Notes: generated by a model from the sequence alone, not told the origin. DNA of 64,000 bases from Candidatus Hydrogenedentota bacterium (GCA_963668025.2 CAXXTH010000017.1:416001-480000); one strand, 5' to 3'; shown: positions 1 to 9,444, counted from the stretch's first letter. Numbers and translations: made by a program.

Positions 1-576
1 GTGGAAGACAATATAGCGTACAAAAAAAGCCGGTACGAATTCTTGATCGAGCGCCGGATGAATGCGGATGAGCCGGGCTTGCTCGAAATACGCCCCGAAG
101 CGGATCGAACGGCGCTGGCCTGGGCCCGCATCGCGCCCCCATGTGATCGAGGCCTCGACCGCTCCGTTGAACGAAGCTTGGTTTACTTCCTGGTAAAAGG
201 CCTGCAAATCATGGCGCCGGCCATGCGCACACAGCGCCGCACGGCGCGGGCTTTTCTTTTGAATGAGATGGCCATGGCCCCGGATAAACCGGTCGAGTAT
301 CTCGCCTTGCCGCTGTCCCTTGGGATGCTTCACCCATTCGGCCACGGCGGCGATAACCGATGGATCGGCGGATAGAAACATATGGTGCAGGCGCAAGCAA
401 AGCGGTGCGCCTTTTCCGCCGCGCCGGAGCGACAACATCGAGGAGCCATTATTCGTAATGGCAATATCGAGCGCCATGCCTGTCCGTGACTCCAGTTCCG
501 AACGGAGCGCATCTTCATCACGCCAGGACAATTCAAGTTGCGGCTGGCTTTGCTTTGTGAAATCCGTCAAACGCAT
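1..576 (-). CDS. SprT-like/M48-type zinc metallopeptidase-domain protein, truncated by the window edge
   Basis: Open minus-strand frame, absent from the ORF track: MRLTDFTKQ...LRLHHMFLSA...SIRFGAYFEQARLIRIHPALDQEFVPAFFVRYIVFH. It runs off the edge at the first His of the expected HExxH motif. Confidence 0.7.
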   Translation of the reverse strand, partial: MRLTDFTKQSQPQLELSWRDEDALRSELESRTGMALDIAITNNGSSMLSLRRGGKGAPLCLRLHHMFLSADPSVIAAVAEWVKHPKGQRQGEILDRFIRGHGHLIQKKSPRRAALCAHGRRHDLQAFYQEVNQASFNGAVEASITWGRDAGPGQRRSIRFGAYFEQARLIRIHPALDQEFVPAFFVRYIVFH

Positions 577-721
577 ATATAATCCGAAACCTAGCATGAA
601 AGTTTCCGCCCTCGGGCGGGGGATTTTGCCATTAAGGTAGCGCAACAAGCAAAAGAATGCAAAACGCGGGAACGCAGCGCCTGGCGCATGCCCGCCCGCG
701 ATTAACTGGAAAGGAAGGCTC

Positions 722-2890
722 ATGCGTGTTCTCGTTACCGGGGGAGCTGGTTATCTCGGGAGCCATTTAGTCCCGATGCTCCTCGAAGAGGGCCACACGG
801 TGCGCGTGTTCGACCGGTTCTGCTTCGGCGAAACGGCCCTAGAGGCGGTATCGGGCAGGCCGGATTGTGAAATCATCCACGGCGACGTGCGACGCCTGCA
901 AGAAAGCGCGGGGCTGCTACAGGGAATCGACGCCGTTATCCATCTCGCGGCGCTCTCGAATGACCCTTCGTGCGCCTTGGATGAAGATATGGCCGAGGAT
1001 GTGAACGTCGAGAGCACGCGCGAACTCGTGAACCTTTCGCTCCAAAGCAGCGTGAAACGGTTCATTTATGCGTCTACATGCAGCGTGTATGGGCAAGGCG
1101 CGTTTGAACAGTTGGACGAGTTGAGCCCGGCCAATCCCGTATCGCCCTATGGAGCCACTTGCCTGCGCGCGGAGCAAGCCCTTCTCGGCATGCGCAACGC
1201 ACGTTTCGAGCCGGTCGTGGCGCGGCTGGCCACTTTGTTTGGATGGTCAGGCCGCATGCGCTTCGATTTGGCCGTGAACCAGATGGCCGCAATGGCGCTG
1301 CGCACGGGAACTATTCAGGTGTTCGGCGGCGGCAGCCAATGGCGGCCTTTCCTCCATGTGCGCGACGCCGCCCGCGCGCTGCTGCTACTGCTTCATGCGC
1401 CAGAGGATGTGAGTGGCGAGATCTATAATGTCGGCAGCGATGGGCTCAATTTCCGAATCGCCAGCCTTGCGGAAAAGATAGCCGCGTTCTTTCCGAATGC
1501 GGCGCTCGATACGCGGCGCGATGATGATGATGTGCGCACGTTCCATGTCCGCTTCGAGAAGTTCGCCAAGGCGTTTCAGTTCGAGCCGGAGCATACCCTG
1601 GCCGATGGCGTGGCCGAATTGCGGGCGCGCCTCGATGCGGAGCCTATTGATCCGACGGCGGACGCCTATTTCAACGTACACACCATGAAGCGGCTTCTCG
1701 CCACGCCCGTGGGGGAAGGCGGCGAGCCCATGGCCCCGCGCCTGGTGCCGCTATACCGCCCCACGCTGGGGCCGGAGGAAGAGGAAACCGTCGTGCGTAC
1801 ATTGCGCGGCGGCTGGCTGACCTCGGGCGCGCGCGTACCGTCCTTCGAGAAACTGCTCGCGGAGACCGTGGGTGCATCGAGCGCCGTAGCGGTGAATTCC
1901 TGCACGGCGGCGCTCCATTTGTGCCTCATGCGCGCGGGCGTGGGGCGCGGCGACGAAGTCATTCTGCCGCCTATTACATGGGCGTCGACGGCGAACACGA
2001 TGTTCCACATGGGCGCGAAGCCGGTCTTCGTGGATGTCTTGCCGGATACGCTCAACATCGATCCAGCGGCGATTGAAGCCGCTATCACAGACCGCACCAA
2101 GGCCATCATGCCGGTCCATTTGGCAGGGCAGCCTTGCGACTTGGACCCGATATACGCCGTGGCGCGCAAGCATGGCATCGCGGTCGTCGAGGACGCCGCG
2201 CATGCCCTGGGCGCGGCATACAAGGGCAAGCGCATCGGCGAATATGGCGGGCATACCTGCTTTAGTTTTTACGCCATTAAAAACATTACGACCATCGAGG
2301 GCGGCGCGGTGGCGCTGAAAGACCCCGCAGAAACAGAATGGTTCCACCGCATGGCCATGAATGGACTCGGCCATTCCGCGTGGGACCGGTATGGCCGGAG
2401 TTCGAGTTCGCAGCCCGTCGAGGTGCTCGAGCCCGGCTTCAAATACCATCTGAATGATGTCAGCGCCGCCATCGGCATCGAACAATTGCGCAAGTTCCCG
2501 TCGTTCCGCGCCTCACGCACCCGGCTCGCCCGGTTGTACTACAGCGTGTTGGGCGAAATTGACGAGATCGCGCTCCCGCGCGTGCTGGCGGAAGTGGAGC
2601 ATGCGTGGCACCTTCTGATCATCCGGCTGCGGTTGGATAAGCTCAAACGGACCCGCGACGAGATCCGCGATGAGCTGCGGCGCGAGAACATCGGCACGGG
2701 GCTCCATTTCTACGGCCTGCACCTACACGAATTCTTCCAGCGGCAATTGGGTCTCAAGCCCGAAGATCTGCCGAACAGCACGGCGGCGTCCATGGATATG
2801 ATCTCGCTGCCGCTATACCCACTGATGGAAGACAAACATATCCAGCAAGTCGTGCAGGCCCTCAAAAAGGTGCTGGCGCACGCGAAGTAA
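722..2890 (+). CDS. Fused NAD-dependent epimerase/dehydratase (extended SDR) and DegT/DnrJ/EryC1/StrS PLP aminotransferase
   Basis: N-terminal VLVTGGAGYLG and ASTCSVYG. C-terminal NSCTAALHL, VEDAAHALG and FSFYAIKNITTIEGG (PLP lysine). RBS AAGGAAGG upstream. Confidence 0.92.
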   Translation: MRVLVTGGAGYLGSHLVPMLLEEGHTVRVFDRFCFGETALEAVSGRPDCEIIHGDVRRLQESAGLLQGIDAVIHLAALSNDPSCALDEDMAEDVNVESTRELVNLSLQSSVKRFIYASTCSVYGQGAFEQLDELSPANPVSPYGATCLRAEQALLGMRNARFEPVVARLATLFGWSGRMRFDLAVNQMAAMALRTGTIQVFGGGSQWRPFLHVRDAARALLLLLHAPEDVSGEIYNVGSDGLNFRIASLAEKIAAFFPNAALDTRRDDDDVRTFHVRFEKFAKAFQFEPEHTLADGVAELRARLDAEPIDPTADAYFNVHTMKRLLATPVGEGGEPMAPRLVPLYRPTLGPEEEETVVRTLRGGWLTSGARVPSFEKLLAETVGASSAVAVNSCTAALHLCLMRAGVGRGDEVILPPITWASTANTMFHMGAKPVFVDVLPDTLNIDPAAIEAAITDRTKAIMPVHLAGQPCDLDPIYAVARKHGIAVVEDAAHALGAAYKGKRIGEYGGHTCFSFYAIKNITTIEGGAVALKDPAETEWFHRMAMNGLGHSAWDRYGRSSSSQPVEVLEPGFKYHLNDVSAAIGIEQLRKFPSFRASRTRLARLYYSVLGEIDEIALPRVLAEVEHAWHLLIIRLRLDKLKRTRDEIRDELRRENIGTGLHFYGLHLHEFFQRQLGLKPEDLPNSTAASMDMISLPLYPLMEDKHIQQVVQALKKVLAHAK

Positions 2891-2907
2891 AGACTACCAT
2901 TGAAAAT

Positions 2908-2979
2908 GTAACACTTTAGCCGATGAAAGTAGCATCTAGTATTTGGCAGCCCTATATATTTCCTTTCGCCGGTATTGAT
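2908..2979. repeat. Left half of a MITE-like repeat, truncated by IS1380
   Basis: GTAACACTTTAGCC...GTAGCATCT...TTTCGCCGGTATTGAT matches the left parts of the copies at 36583 and 56288. Confidence 0.7.
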
Positions 2980-4670
2980 CCTAAAAAAGGCAGTAGGAAC
3001 TTGCTTTGGGATTTTTCCAGCCCAATTTTGTAAAGAAATAACTGTCCTGTCCCGCTCTTTACGTTGGCGCCGGCAGCAGGTTGGGGGTGGCCAGCGGCCT
3101 TCCCTCGAGTATTTTGGCGAAGATCCGGCTGAGGATCGTCCGCCATCGTTCGTTCCAGTTCAACTGCCGCGCAGTTGCTTTCACCTCCAATAAAAAGGCG
3201 TTTACGGATTTCAGAACTTGTTCCATAGCATGTCCTTGCGCATGCACGGGGGTGATGGTGAGCGTGGTTTGGCCTCCGTGGCGGGTCTGCTGTCCCACAC
3301 CATACAGCAGCAGAGGGCGGCTTGTGATCGCTTCGGCGTGGCGCTCCGGAATCGCCAAGCGCACGTACAAAGACCACCAATTGTAAATCAGGGCTATGAT
3401 TCGCGCCATGATTTGGCAGCGCTTCATATCGTGGGTGGTATACCCGCCCCACCCCCACTGGTTTTTCTGTTCATCGTAGATGTTTTCCGCATCGCCCCGG
3501 TCGCGATAATGCTGGGCCAAGGCCGATAGGGGGTCTGTCAGCGAAGTGGCCAGCAGCGCGTATTCATACTGCTGCACGGCTCCCGCTTGGATCTCAATGA
3601 GCTGTAGTTGGGGGGAGGGGTCAGGCAATAGCGGCTCCGTTTCCAGAACGATACTCCCTTTGAGCTTGCGCCGCAGAACGATTACCCGGCGTTTGCTCGT
3701 CCATCCCATAAGCTCCAGACGGTCTTCCAAACCTTCCCAGCCTTGGCCTGCTGGCGTCCAGTCCTTAGAACAAAAGGCCTGCTGGATAAGCCGTTTCACG
3801 TTGCTGGTCTGCCGCAATTTGAACAGATAGGGCACTCCGCGCGCTTCGGCTTCGCTCATGTCGCGTTCGTTGCCGAAGGCGCAGTCGCCGCGAATCATGC
3901 CCGGCCAGGCCGCGCGCGGCAAGCCATCGAGAAAATGCCACAATCCAGGCATGGTGTATTTCGCCGCCGTCTCGTTGCCCGGCCGGACTTCCACGTCCAG
4001 CACCAAGCGCGTGTTCGCCATAAAATAGGTATGCAGCACATGAGAAGGACGGCCCTGTTTCGCCGGATTGTAGCCCAGCACGGCCCCTTCTTGATGGCCG
4101 AACAGGGGCTTCACGCTTGTATCCACGTCCAAAATCCAAGGCTCATAAAGCAACGGCTCATAACAGCGGCGCAGGTGCTTCTGTAGCCAGCCCGCGCAGG
4201 CTTCCCCGTCCGCCAGTATAAATGCCCGCCGCGCCGAGGAGGCGCTCATGATCTTGCTCATACCCAGCAAGCCCGGGTTCACCGCGTCGTAACGGACCGC
4301 GTCAATGTGCGCATAGCGGGTGTGGCCCGCCAGCACTGATAAAAATAGCGTGCCCAGCACATCCCTCTTGCGCGGCGCATTATTGCTGGCGTACGCCAGC
4401 GGACAGTCCTCCACCCACGCTTCAAAAAGCTCCGCCGTCTTGAGGAAATCGATAAAGAACGCCAACTGGCCAAACGGCGTCGTTGCCGCCTCCCGGTCCC
4501 ATTCCACATGCACCCGGCCCCCGTAGCTATCTACGAAAATCGGCGCCTCCAAAGACAACCATTCCTCCTCTCCCAATGGGGGAGCATCTTGCTGTTGCGA
4601 TTCTGTTTCCATGTTCTTTATCTTGAACTACTTCCTGCTCGACACTCAAGATTCAACTGGCGTTTTTAGG
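2980..4670 (-). mobile_element. IS1380-family insertion sequence (1691 bp)
   Basis: Imperfect 24-bp terminal inverted repeats: CCTAAAAAAGGCAGTAGGAACTTG at 2980-3003 versus the reverse complement of 4647-4670, CCTAAAAACGCCAGTTGAATCTTG (19/24 match). They enclose one DDE transposase. No target-site duplication is visible. Confidence 0.85.
3059..4612 (-). CDS. IS1380-family DDE transposase
   Basis: WILDVDTSVKPLFGHQEGAVLGYNP, IRGDCAFG and YRDRGDAENIYDEQKNQWGW motifs. Confidence 0.9.
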   Translation of the reverse strand: METESQQQDAPPLGEEEWLSLEAPIFVDSYGGRVHVEWDREAATTPFGQLAFFIDFLKTAELFEAWVEDCPLAYASNNAPRKRDVLGTLFLSVLAGHTRYAHIDAVRYDAVNPGLLGMSKIMSASSARRAFILADGEACAGWLQKHLRRCYEPLLYEPWILDVDTSVKPLFGHQEGAVLGYNPAKQGRPSHVLHTYFMANTRLVLDVEVRPGNETAAKYTMPGLWHFLDGLPRAAWPGMIRGDCAFGNERDMSEAEARGVPYLFKLRQTSNVKRLIQQAFCSKDWTPAGQGWEGLEDRLELMGWTSKRRVIVLRRKLKGSIVLETEPLLPDPSPQLQLIEIQAGAVQQYEYALLATSLTDPLSALAQHYRDRGDAENIYDEQKNQWGWGGYTTHDMKRCQIMARIIALIYNWWSLYVRLAIPERHAEAITSRPLLLYGVGQQTRHGGQTTLTITPVHAQGHAMEQVLKSVNAFLLEVKATARQLNWNERWRTILSRIFAKILEGRPLATPNLLPAPT

Positions 4671-4693
4671 TTAAAAGGTTATATACATATATA

Positions 4694-4866
4694 GTTATTC
4701 CCGTGAAATGGGCCTTCCAAAAATGGAGCAGGCAAGCCAAAACAAGGTAATACCCGTGAAATACACCAAAGAGAACAAGAAAGCGGTAGCAAGCTACCGC
4801 ACACATGTGCTCTAAGTCTTTTTTTGTGAAACTACTTGCGGCAGCTTGCTGCCGCTTTTTGGGTGC
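4694..4866. repeat. Dispersed intergenic repeat containing an inverted REP-like pair
   Basis: AAAGCGGTAGCAAGCTACCGCA ... TGCGGCAGCTTGCTGCCGCTTT. The flanking sequence matches 25213-25327. Confidence 0.75.
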
Positions 4867-4895
4867 GGATTTCATTTGTATGCCCGTTTTCCGGC

Positions 4896-5504
4896 TTATA
4901 AGAAGATGGCCCGGCCGCCATCCATGCAGTCGAAGAGATGCACGCCCAATTCGCGCAAGAGGAGATCGAGGCGGACCATGGGGAAGCCCAGCACATTCTG
5001 ATAACAGCCCTGGTATCCTTGCACGAGGAGGCTGCCAGGCCCATCGACGGTATACGCGCCCGCGCGGTCGAGCGGATTGACCGCCTCGACGAACTGCGCG
5101 ATTTCGCGTGGGGAGAGGGAACGGAATTGCACGTCCGTGGACTCGAATCCCTCCGCCGTTTTTCCGGATGCGGTGTCCATCAAGGCAAGCCCAGTCAGGA
5201 CTTGGTGGCTGCGGCCAGACAGGCGGCTGAGCATGGCGCGCGCCCCGGCCGCATCGGCGGGCTTGCCTAGGACATGTTCATCGACAAACACGAGCGTATC
5301 GGCGGCGATGACAATGGCGGGGCCATCGAGCCGCGCCACGGTCTCGTCCCGTTTGGCGCGGGCATTCGATATAACTAATTCGGCGGGCGATGCGCCCTCG
5401 AAACTCTCGGGCGCATCGCTCGGTATTACCTCAAATACAACGCCCAGGGCCGCCAGCAAGGCGCGGCGGCGCGGCGATGCGGAAGCCAGCACCAGGCGCA
5501 TCAC
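4896..5504 (-). CDS. maf: Maf-family nucleoside triphosphate pyrophosphatase
   Basis: LVLASASPRRRALL, IAADT, LGKP and GCYQNVLGFP motifs. Confidence 0.93.
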   Translation of the reverse strand: MMRLVLASASPRRRALLAALGVVFEVIPSDAPESFEGASPAELVISNARAKRDETVARLDGPAIVIAADTLVFVDEHVLGKPADAAGARAMLSRLSGRSHQVLTGLALMDTASGKTAEGFESTDVQFRSLSPREIAQFVEAVNPLDRAGAYTVDGPGSLLVQGYQGCYQNVLGFPMVRLDLLLRELGVHLFDCMDGGRAIFL

Positions 5505-6301
5505 GCTTTGGGTTCGCCTTCCGTGGCGGCTTTTTCTGCTGGCGCGGCGGCGGGAGCTTCCGCAGCAGGCGCTTCGAGCACCTTGGCCGTTGGCAGATAC
5601 TCGATATCCTGCTCGACGGTGCGGAAATTCGTTTCGTCTTCGACGACCTTTGTGCCTTTAGGAACAGCGATCTGTGTTTGCTTGGCGTCCACTGGCTTGT
5701 TGATGGAAAAATTCTCGAACGTTAGCACCACTTCAGATTCCGCGTCATTGATGATGTGGATTTTTACGGGCAGGTAATCCTCCGCGCGCAAATAGACGCG
5801 CACCCGCTCGAACAAGGGCCGCTCGCCGCCTTCGGTGGTTTTTGGCCGCAGCAGCAAGCCTTTCGCGGCGCGGGGATTCTCAGCGCCAGGCTCGAACAGT
5901 TCGATGTCGTAGGCCTTTTCAAGGTCGGAAAATTCGCTCTCGAACGCGGAGAAGAGGACATCCATTTGGAGATCCGCCGCGCGGTTGTAAATAGAGACTT
6001 GCTCGTTTTCAGGCTCGTATTGGAACAAGCGCGTGTGGTCCACCAGCATGACCATGCCCGGCTTGCCTTCTTTCTGGTCAATGCGGAACACCAAGCGGCG
6101 GGGTTCCGTGTAGAGCAAGTTGCCCGAGTCGGTGAGGGTGTCTTCCACGCCGCCCGCGCGCGTGGTCACTTCTTGCACGAACGGGGCTTGCAGCGCATGA
6201 ATGCCCGCGCGTTTGCTGGCGAGTTCTTGCAGAAATGCGTTTACATCGGCATTGGGCTGCGCCGTTGTGGCGGCAACCAAGGCCAGCATTAGGGATAGCA
6301 T
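5501..6301 (-). CDS. LolA-like outer-membrane lipoprotein carrier
   Basis: Signal peptide followed by LQAPFVQE...SGNLLYTEPRRLVF...LFQYEPENEQV. RBS GAAGGAG before the ATG at 6301. Confidence 0.7.
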   Translation of the reverse strand: MLSLMLALVAATTAQPNADVNAFLQELASKRAGIHALQAPFVQEVTTRAGGVEDTLTDSGNLLYTEPRRLVFRIDQKEGKPGMVMLVDHTRLFQYEPENEQVSIYNRAADLQMDVLFSAFESEFSDLEKAYDIELFEPGAENPRAAKGLLLRPKTTEGGERPLFERVRVYLRAEDYLPVKIHIINDAESEVVLTFENFSINKPVDAKQTQIAVPKGTKVVEDETNFRTVEQDIEYLPTAKVLEAPAAEAPAAAPAEKAATEGEPKA

Positions 6302-6320
6302 AAGATGGTCTCCTTCTCGA

Positions 6321-7061
6321 TCATAGTTCCCGGTTATCATGGGCGCTATCTTTTGCGCGCCATTTTTTTGGACTCAACATATTTGTCCACGACTTGCGAA
6401 GAGGGCCTCCAGGCAAGGTGGCGTTATCCGCTTCGCCATCGGGGTCAAAGCGGGGCGCTTCCGGCAACTGTAGCACAGGCGCGGGAGCAGGCGCCGGAGC
6501 AGCCGGTTTCTCGATGGCGGGGCGCTCCGGATGCTTGGGAGGCGCAGGCGGCGCAGCAGACTCCGCAGGCAGAGGCTCGACGGTCTCGATAAGCTGGCGG
6601 TGTGTTTCGAGCAACGCCAGCATGTCCGTGCGCAAGCGATTGCGCTTCGCCTTGAGCGTTAAAACCTCGTCCGAGAGCTTTTCGGTGGCGCGGGCCAGTT
6701 CGAGCTCCGCCTGGGCCTGTTTAGTCTTGGCGTCCTCGAGGATAGCGTCCGCTTTCCGGCGGGCGGAATCCACCATGTCCGCGCTAAAATTTTGGGAAGA
6801 AACCAGGGCGTTGCGAAGGGTCTCCTCCATTTGGTGGCATTCCTCGAGCCGGGTTTGCTGCTCGCGGTTTTGGCTTTCGAGCGCGCGCACCCGCGCCGCG
6901 AAAGTTTCCAGGGTGGCGGCTATCTGTTCAAGATATTCGTCCACCTCGATGGTTTTATAGCCGCCCATGGCCGCCCGCTTGAATTGGCGGTTCAGCACGT
7001 CGTTTGCCGTGATACTTGGGATTGGGCCAAATTGATCCGCCACAGCACGCTCTTTGCTCAT
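6321..7061 (-). CDS. DivIVA-domain protein
   Basis: ITANDVLNRQFKRAAMGGYKTIEVDEYLEQI followed by a coiled coil and a Pro-rich tail. RBS GGAGG. Confidence 0.88.
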   Translation of the reverse strand: MSKERAVADQFGPIPSITANDVLNRQFKRAAMGGYKTIEVDEYLEQIAATLETFAARVRALESQNREQQTRLEECHQMEETLRNALVSSQNFSADMVDSARRKADAILEDAKTKQAQAELELARATEKLSDEVLTLKAKRNRLRTDMLALLETHRQLIETVEPLPAESAAPPAPPKHPERPAIEKPAAPAPAPAPVLQLPEAPRFDPDGEADNATLPGGPLRKSWTNMLSPKKWRAKDSAHDNREL

Positions 7062-7102
7062 ACGTCCTCCATATTGCATAGACGTCCGCCAGGCTTAACC
7101 AT

Positions 7103-7912
7103 TCATTTTCCCAGTTCTTTCGAGCGCGCGGCGGCGGCCTTGACGCCCTCTCGAATCATATGCTCGAAACCGAGCGCGCGGAATTGCTCGAGGGCGGCGA
7201 AAGTGGTGCCGCCTTTCGATGTGACGCGCTCGCGCAGCACGGCAGGGATTTCACCCGACTGGGTAAGCAGGAGCCCGGAACCCAGGCAGGTCTGGGCGGC
7301 CAGGCGCGTGGCCTGGTCTTCCGGCAATCCCAGCTCCACCGCCGCTTTCACCATACATTCGACAAGATAGAAAAAGTAGGCGGGGCCGCTGCCCGACAAC
7401 GCCGTAATCGCATCAATAGCCGATTCCGGCACTTGTTCGGACATGCCCACGGAATTGAAAATAAGCCGCGCGATTTCGGAATCGGAAGGGATGCAATGCG
7501 CGCCCAGGGCAAACGCGGCGGCTCCCGCATTGACCATGGCGGGCGTATTGGGCATGACGCGAATGACGCGCAGTCCCGCGCCTAAACGCGACTCCAAGTA
7601 CTCCGTGCTGATGCCTGCGGCAATCGAGAGCACCAAGGCGCCGGCGGCGAGATGCCCGCGAATCTCCTCGAGGGCTTCTTCCATGGTTTGCGGCTTCACG
7701 GCCAGTAGCAGGCAGGCGCAGCGCGCCGCCAGGTCCGCCGGAGATTCCGCCACACCCGCGCCCATCGCCCGGGCGGATTCCCGCTTAGCGGGGTCAATAT
7801 CATACGCTAGGATGGAATGGGCGGGGATGGCTCCCGTGGCGGCCACGCCTTGAGCGATGGCATGCCCCATGTTGCCGAAACCGAGAAATCCTAGCAGGCC
7901 TTGAAACGCCAT
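7103..7912 (-). CDS. proC: Pyrroline-5-carboxylate reductase
   Basis: GFGNMG, LAVKPQ, RVMPNTP, ALSGSGPAY and VTSKGGTT motifs. Confidence 0.96.
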   Translation of the reverse strand: MAFQGLLGFLGFGNMGHAIAQGVAATGAIPAHSILAYDIDPAKRESARAMGAGVAESPADLAARCACLLLAVKPQTMEEALEEIRGHLAAGALVLSIAAGISTEYLESRLGAGLRVIRVMPNTPAMVNAGAAAFALGAHCIPSDSEIARLIFNSVGMSEQVPESAIDAITALSGSGPAYFFYLVECMVKAAVELGLPEDQATRLAAQTCLGSGLLLTQSGEIPAVLRERVTSKGGTTFAALEQFRALGFEHMIREGVKAAAARSKELGK

Positions 7913-7916
7913 GATG

Positions 7917-8432
7917 TTATACCTCGAGCGGCGCGGTTTCCTCTGAAAGCTCATTGGCTGCCAGGCCGCGAATGACAGCCACTTCGTCACAATCCAGAAA
8001 CATGGGACACCGGACGCAGTCCCGGAACACCTTGTTTGGCAGCACATGCTTGTCGATTTCCTCGAAGCCATGCCGCTTAAAGAAGCCGGGCACGCGCGTT
8101 AAAGCATACACCCGCGTGATGTCCAGCGAACGGGCCTCATCGAGAACGGCATGGACCAGCCCGGTTCCTACTCCTAGGCCCCGCAATTCCCTTCGCACCA
8201 CCAGCGTACGCAATTCGGCGAGATTTTCAAGGTCGATATGCAACGCGCAGCAGCCGCCGATGCCGTTTTCGTCCACGAAGATATGGAATTCCCGGAGGCT
8301 GGCATAGAGTTCCACGGTCGTGCGGGGCAGCAAAGTTCCATGGGCCACCTCCGAGTCGATAAGGGCCTTCATGGCCGCTACATCCGTCACCCGGGGCTTG
8401 CGAATCCTTGCGATATCCACTTGATGTGTCAT
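7917..8432 (-). CDS. GNAT N-acetyltransferase, short ArgA-like (N-acetylglutamate synthase type)
   Basis: LLPR, LAELRTLVV, GLGVG, VYALT, LPNKVFRDCVRCP...CDEVA. Confidence 0.8.
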   Translation of the reverse strand: MTHQVDIARIRKPRVTDVAAMKALIDSEVAHGTLLPRTTVELYASLREFHIFVDENGIGGCCALHIDLENLAELRTLVVRRELRGLGVGTGLVHAVLDEARSLDITRVYALTRVPGFFKRHGFEEIDKHVLPNKVFRDCVRCPMFLDCDEVAVIRGLAANELSEETAPLEV

Positions 8433-8518
8433 CAAAGCCTCCTTTGGCCGCAAGAGGCGTCCGCCAAAGCGGAGTTTCATGCTCCACGCCACAGCCGAAT
8501 AAGGAACCCATTAGCGAG

Positions 8519-8546
8519 AAGGGGATCCCCCATCGGGGATCCCCTT
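8519..8546 (-). terminator. Stem-loop downstream of the FNR gene
   Basis: AAGGGGATCCCC-ATC-GGGGATCCCCTT inverted repeat. Confidence 0.6.
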
Positions 8547-8577
8547 AAATGGCTTCTTGTAACCCGTCACGCCGAAT

Positions 8578-9444
8578 TTAGTAGATCAATTCAAACCAGC
8601 GTTTCTTCGAGATAAGGTCTTCTTTTGTGCGCCGCCACACTTCTTCCGAACCAGCAATCTTGCTCAACGCTTTGTCCAGGGCTTCCTGCACGGAAATTAA
8701 GCCGGCGACATAGACATTCGTGAGCGGGTCTTTAACCATTTCCCACACTTCCACTTCATTCTCTTCGAGGCTGCGGTCGAGGGCGACCGGCGCGCCCATG
8801 GCCGGGCGGGGGCTTAAGGACTCGAACGCCTTGAACGACTCTTGGTCGTAATAATTGGTGAAGTCATTCTTCACGTCATTCATATAGAGCAGTTCCATGC
8901 CTTGTTTGGCGCCGTAGAATAGGCGGACTTTGCCTTTCCAGCTTCCGCCCTGCTCTTTGTAGATCTTCTTGATGAATGCGCGGAAGGGGGCGATGCCCGT
9001 GCCCATGCCGATCATCAGCAAATTAATATTCGGGTCCGTGGGCAGCGCGAACGCGCCGCCGTAGGGGCCGGTGATCGTGACGGCGTCGCCCGGTTGGCGG
9101 TCGCACAAATAATTCGAGGCTACGCCTTTCTCACTTTCGCCGCTGAAATCGTCAATGTAGAAGCAACGGCGCACGGCAATGGCGAAACGGTTCTTGCCGC
9201 CAGCCTCACCCTTGCTGCTTGCGATGGAGTACAAACGGAAATGTTGCTTCGCGCCAAGGCCCGGAGCCGCAGGGGTCAGGATACCGATATTCTGCCCTTC
9301 CACCCAATCAAAAGCGGGGTCGTCCACGTCCAAGACGATGTGGCGCACTTCGACTTCGCTATTTTCGGGCGTGATCCGCTCCGTTTCCACTATTTTTGCC
9401 TGATAGGTCTTGCTGGTATCGTAGTCACTCAGTCGCTGATGCAT
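8578..9444 (-). CDS. Ferredoxin-NADP+ reductase (plant-type FNR family)
   Basis: RLYSIAS, GVASNYLC, TGPYG, GTGIAPFR, LFYGA and a C-terminal Tyr. Confidence 0.9.
   Translation of the reverse strand: MHQRLSDYDTSKTYQAKIVETERITPENSEVEVRHIVLDVDDPAFDWVEGQNIGILTPAAPGLGAKQHFRLYSIASSKGEAGGKNRFAIAVRRCFYIDDFSGESEKGVASNYLCDRQPGDAVTITGPYGGAFALPTDPNINLLMIGMGTGIAPFRAFIKKIYKEQGGSWKGKVRLFYGAKQGMELLYMNDVKNDFTNYYDQESFKAFESLSPRPAMGAPVALDRSLEENEVEVWEMVKDPLTNVYVAGLISVQEALDKALSKIAGSEEVWRRTKEDLISKKRWFELIY

Noticed and set aside
1-640. Plus-strand ORFs 1-375 and 263-640
   Set aside because: They are shadows of the minus-strand peptidase-like gene and show no motifs.
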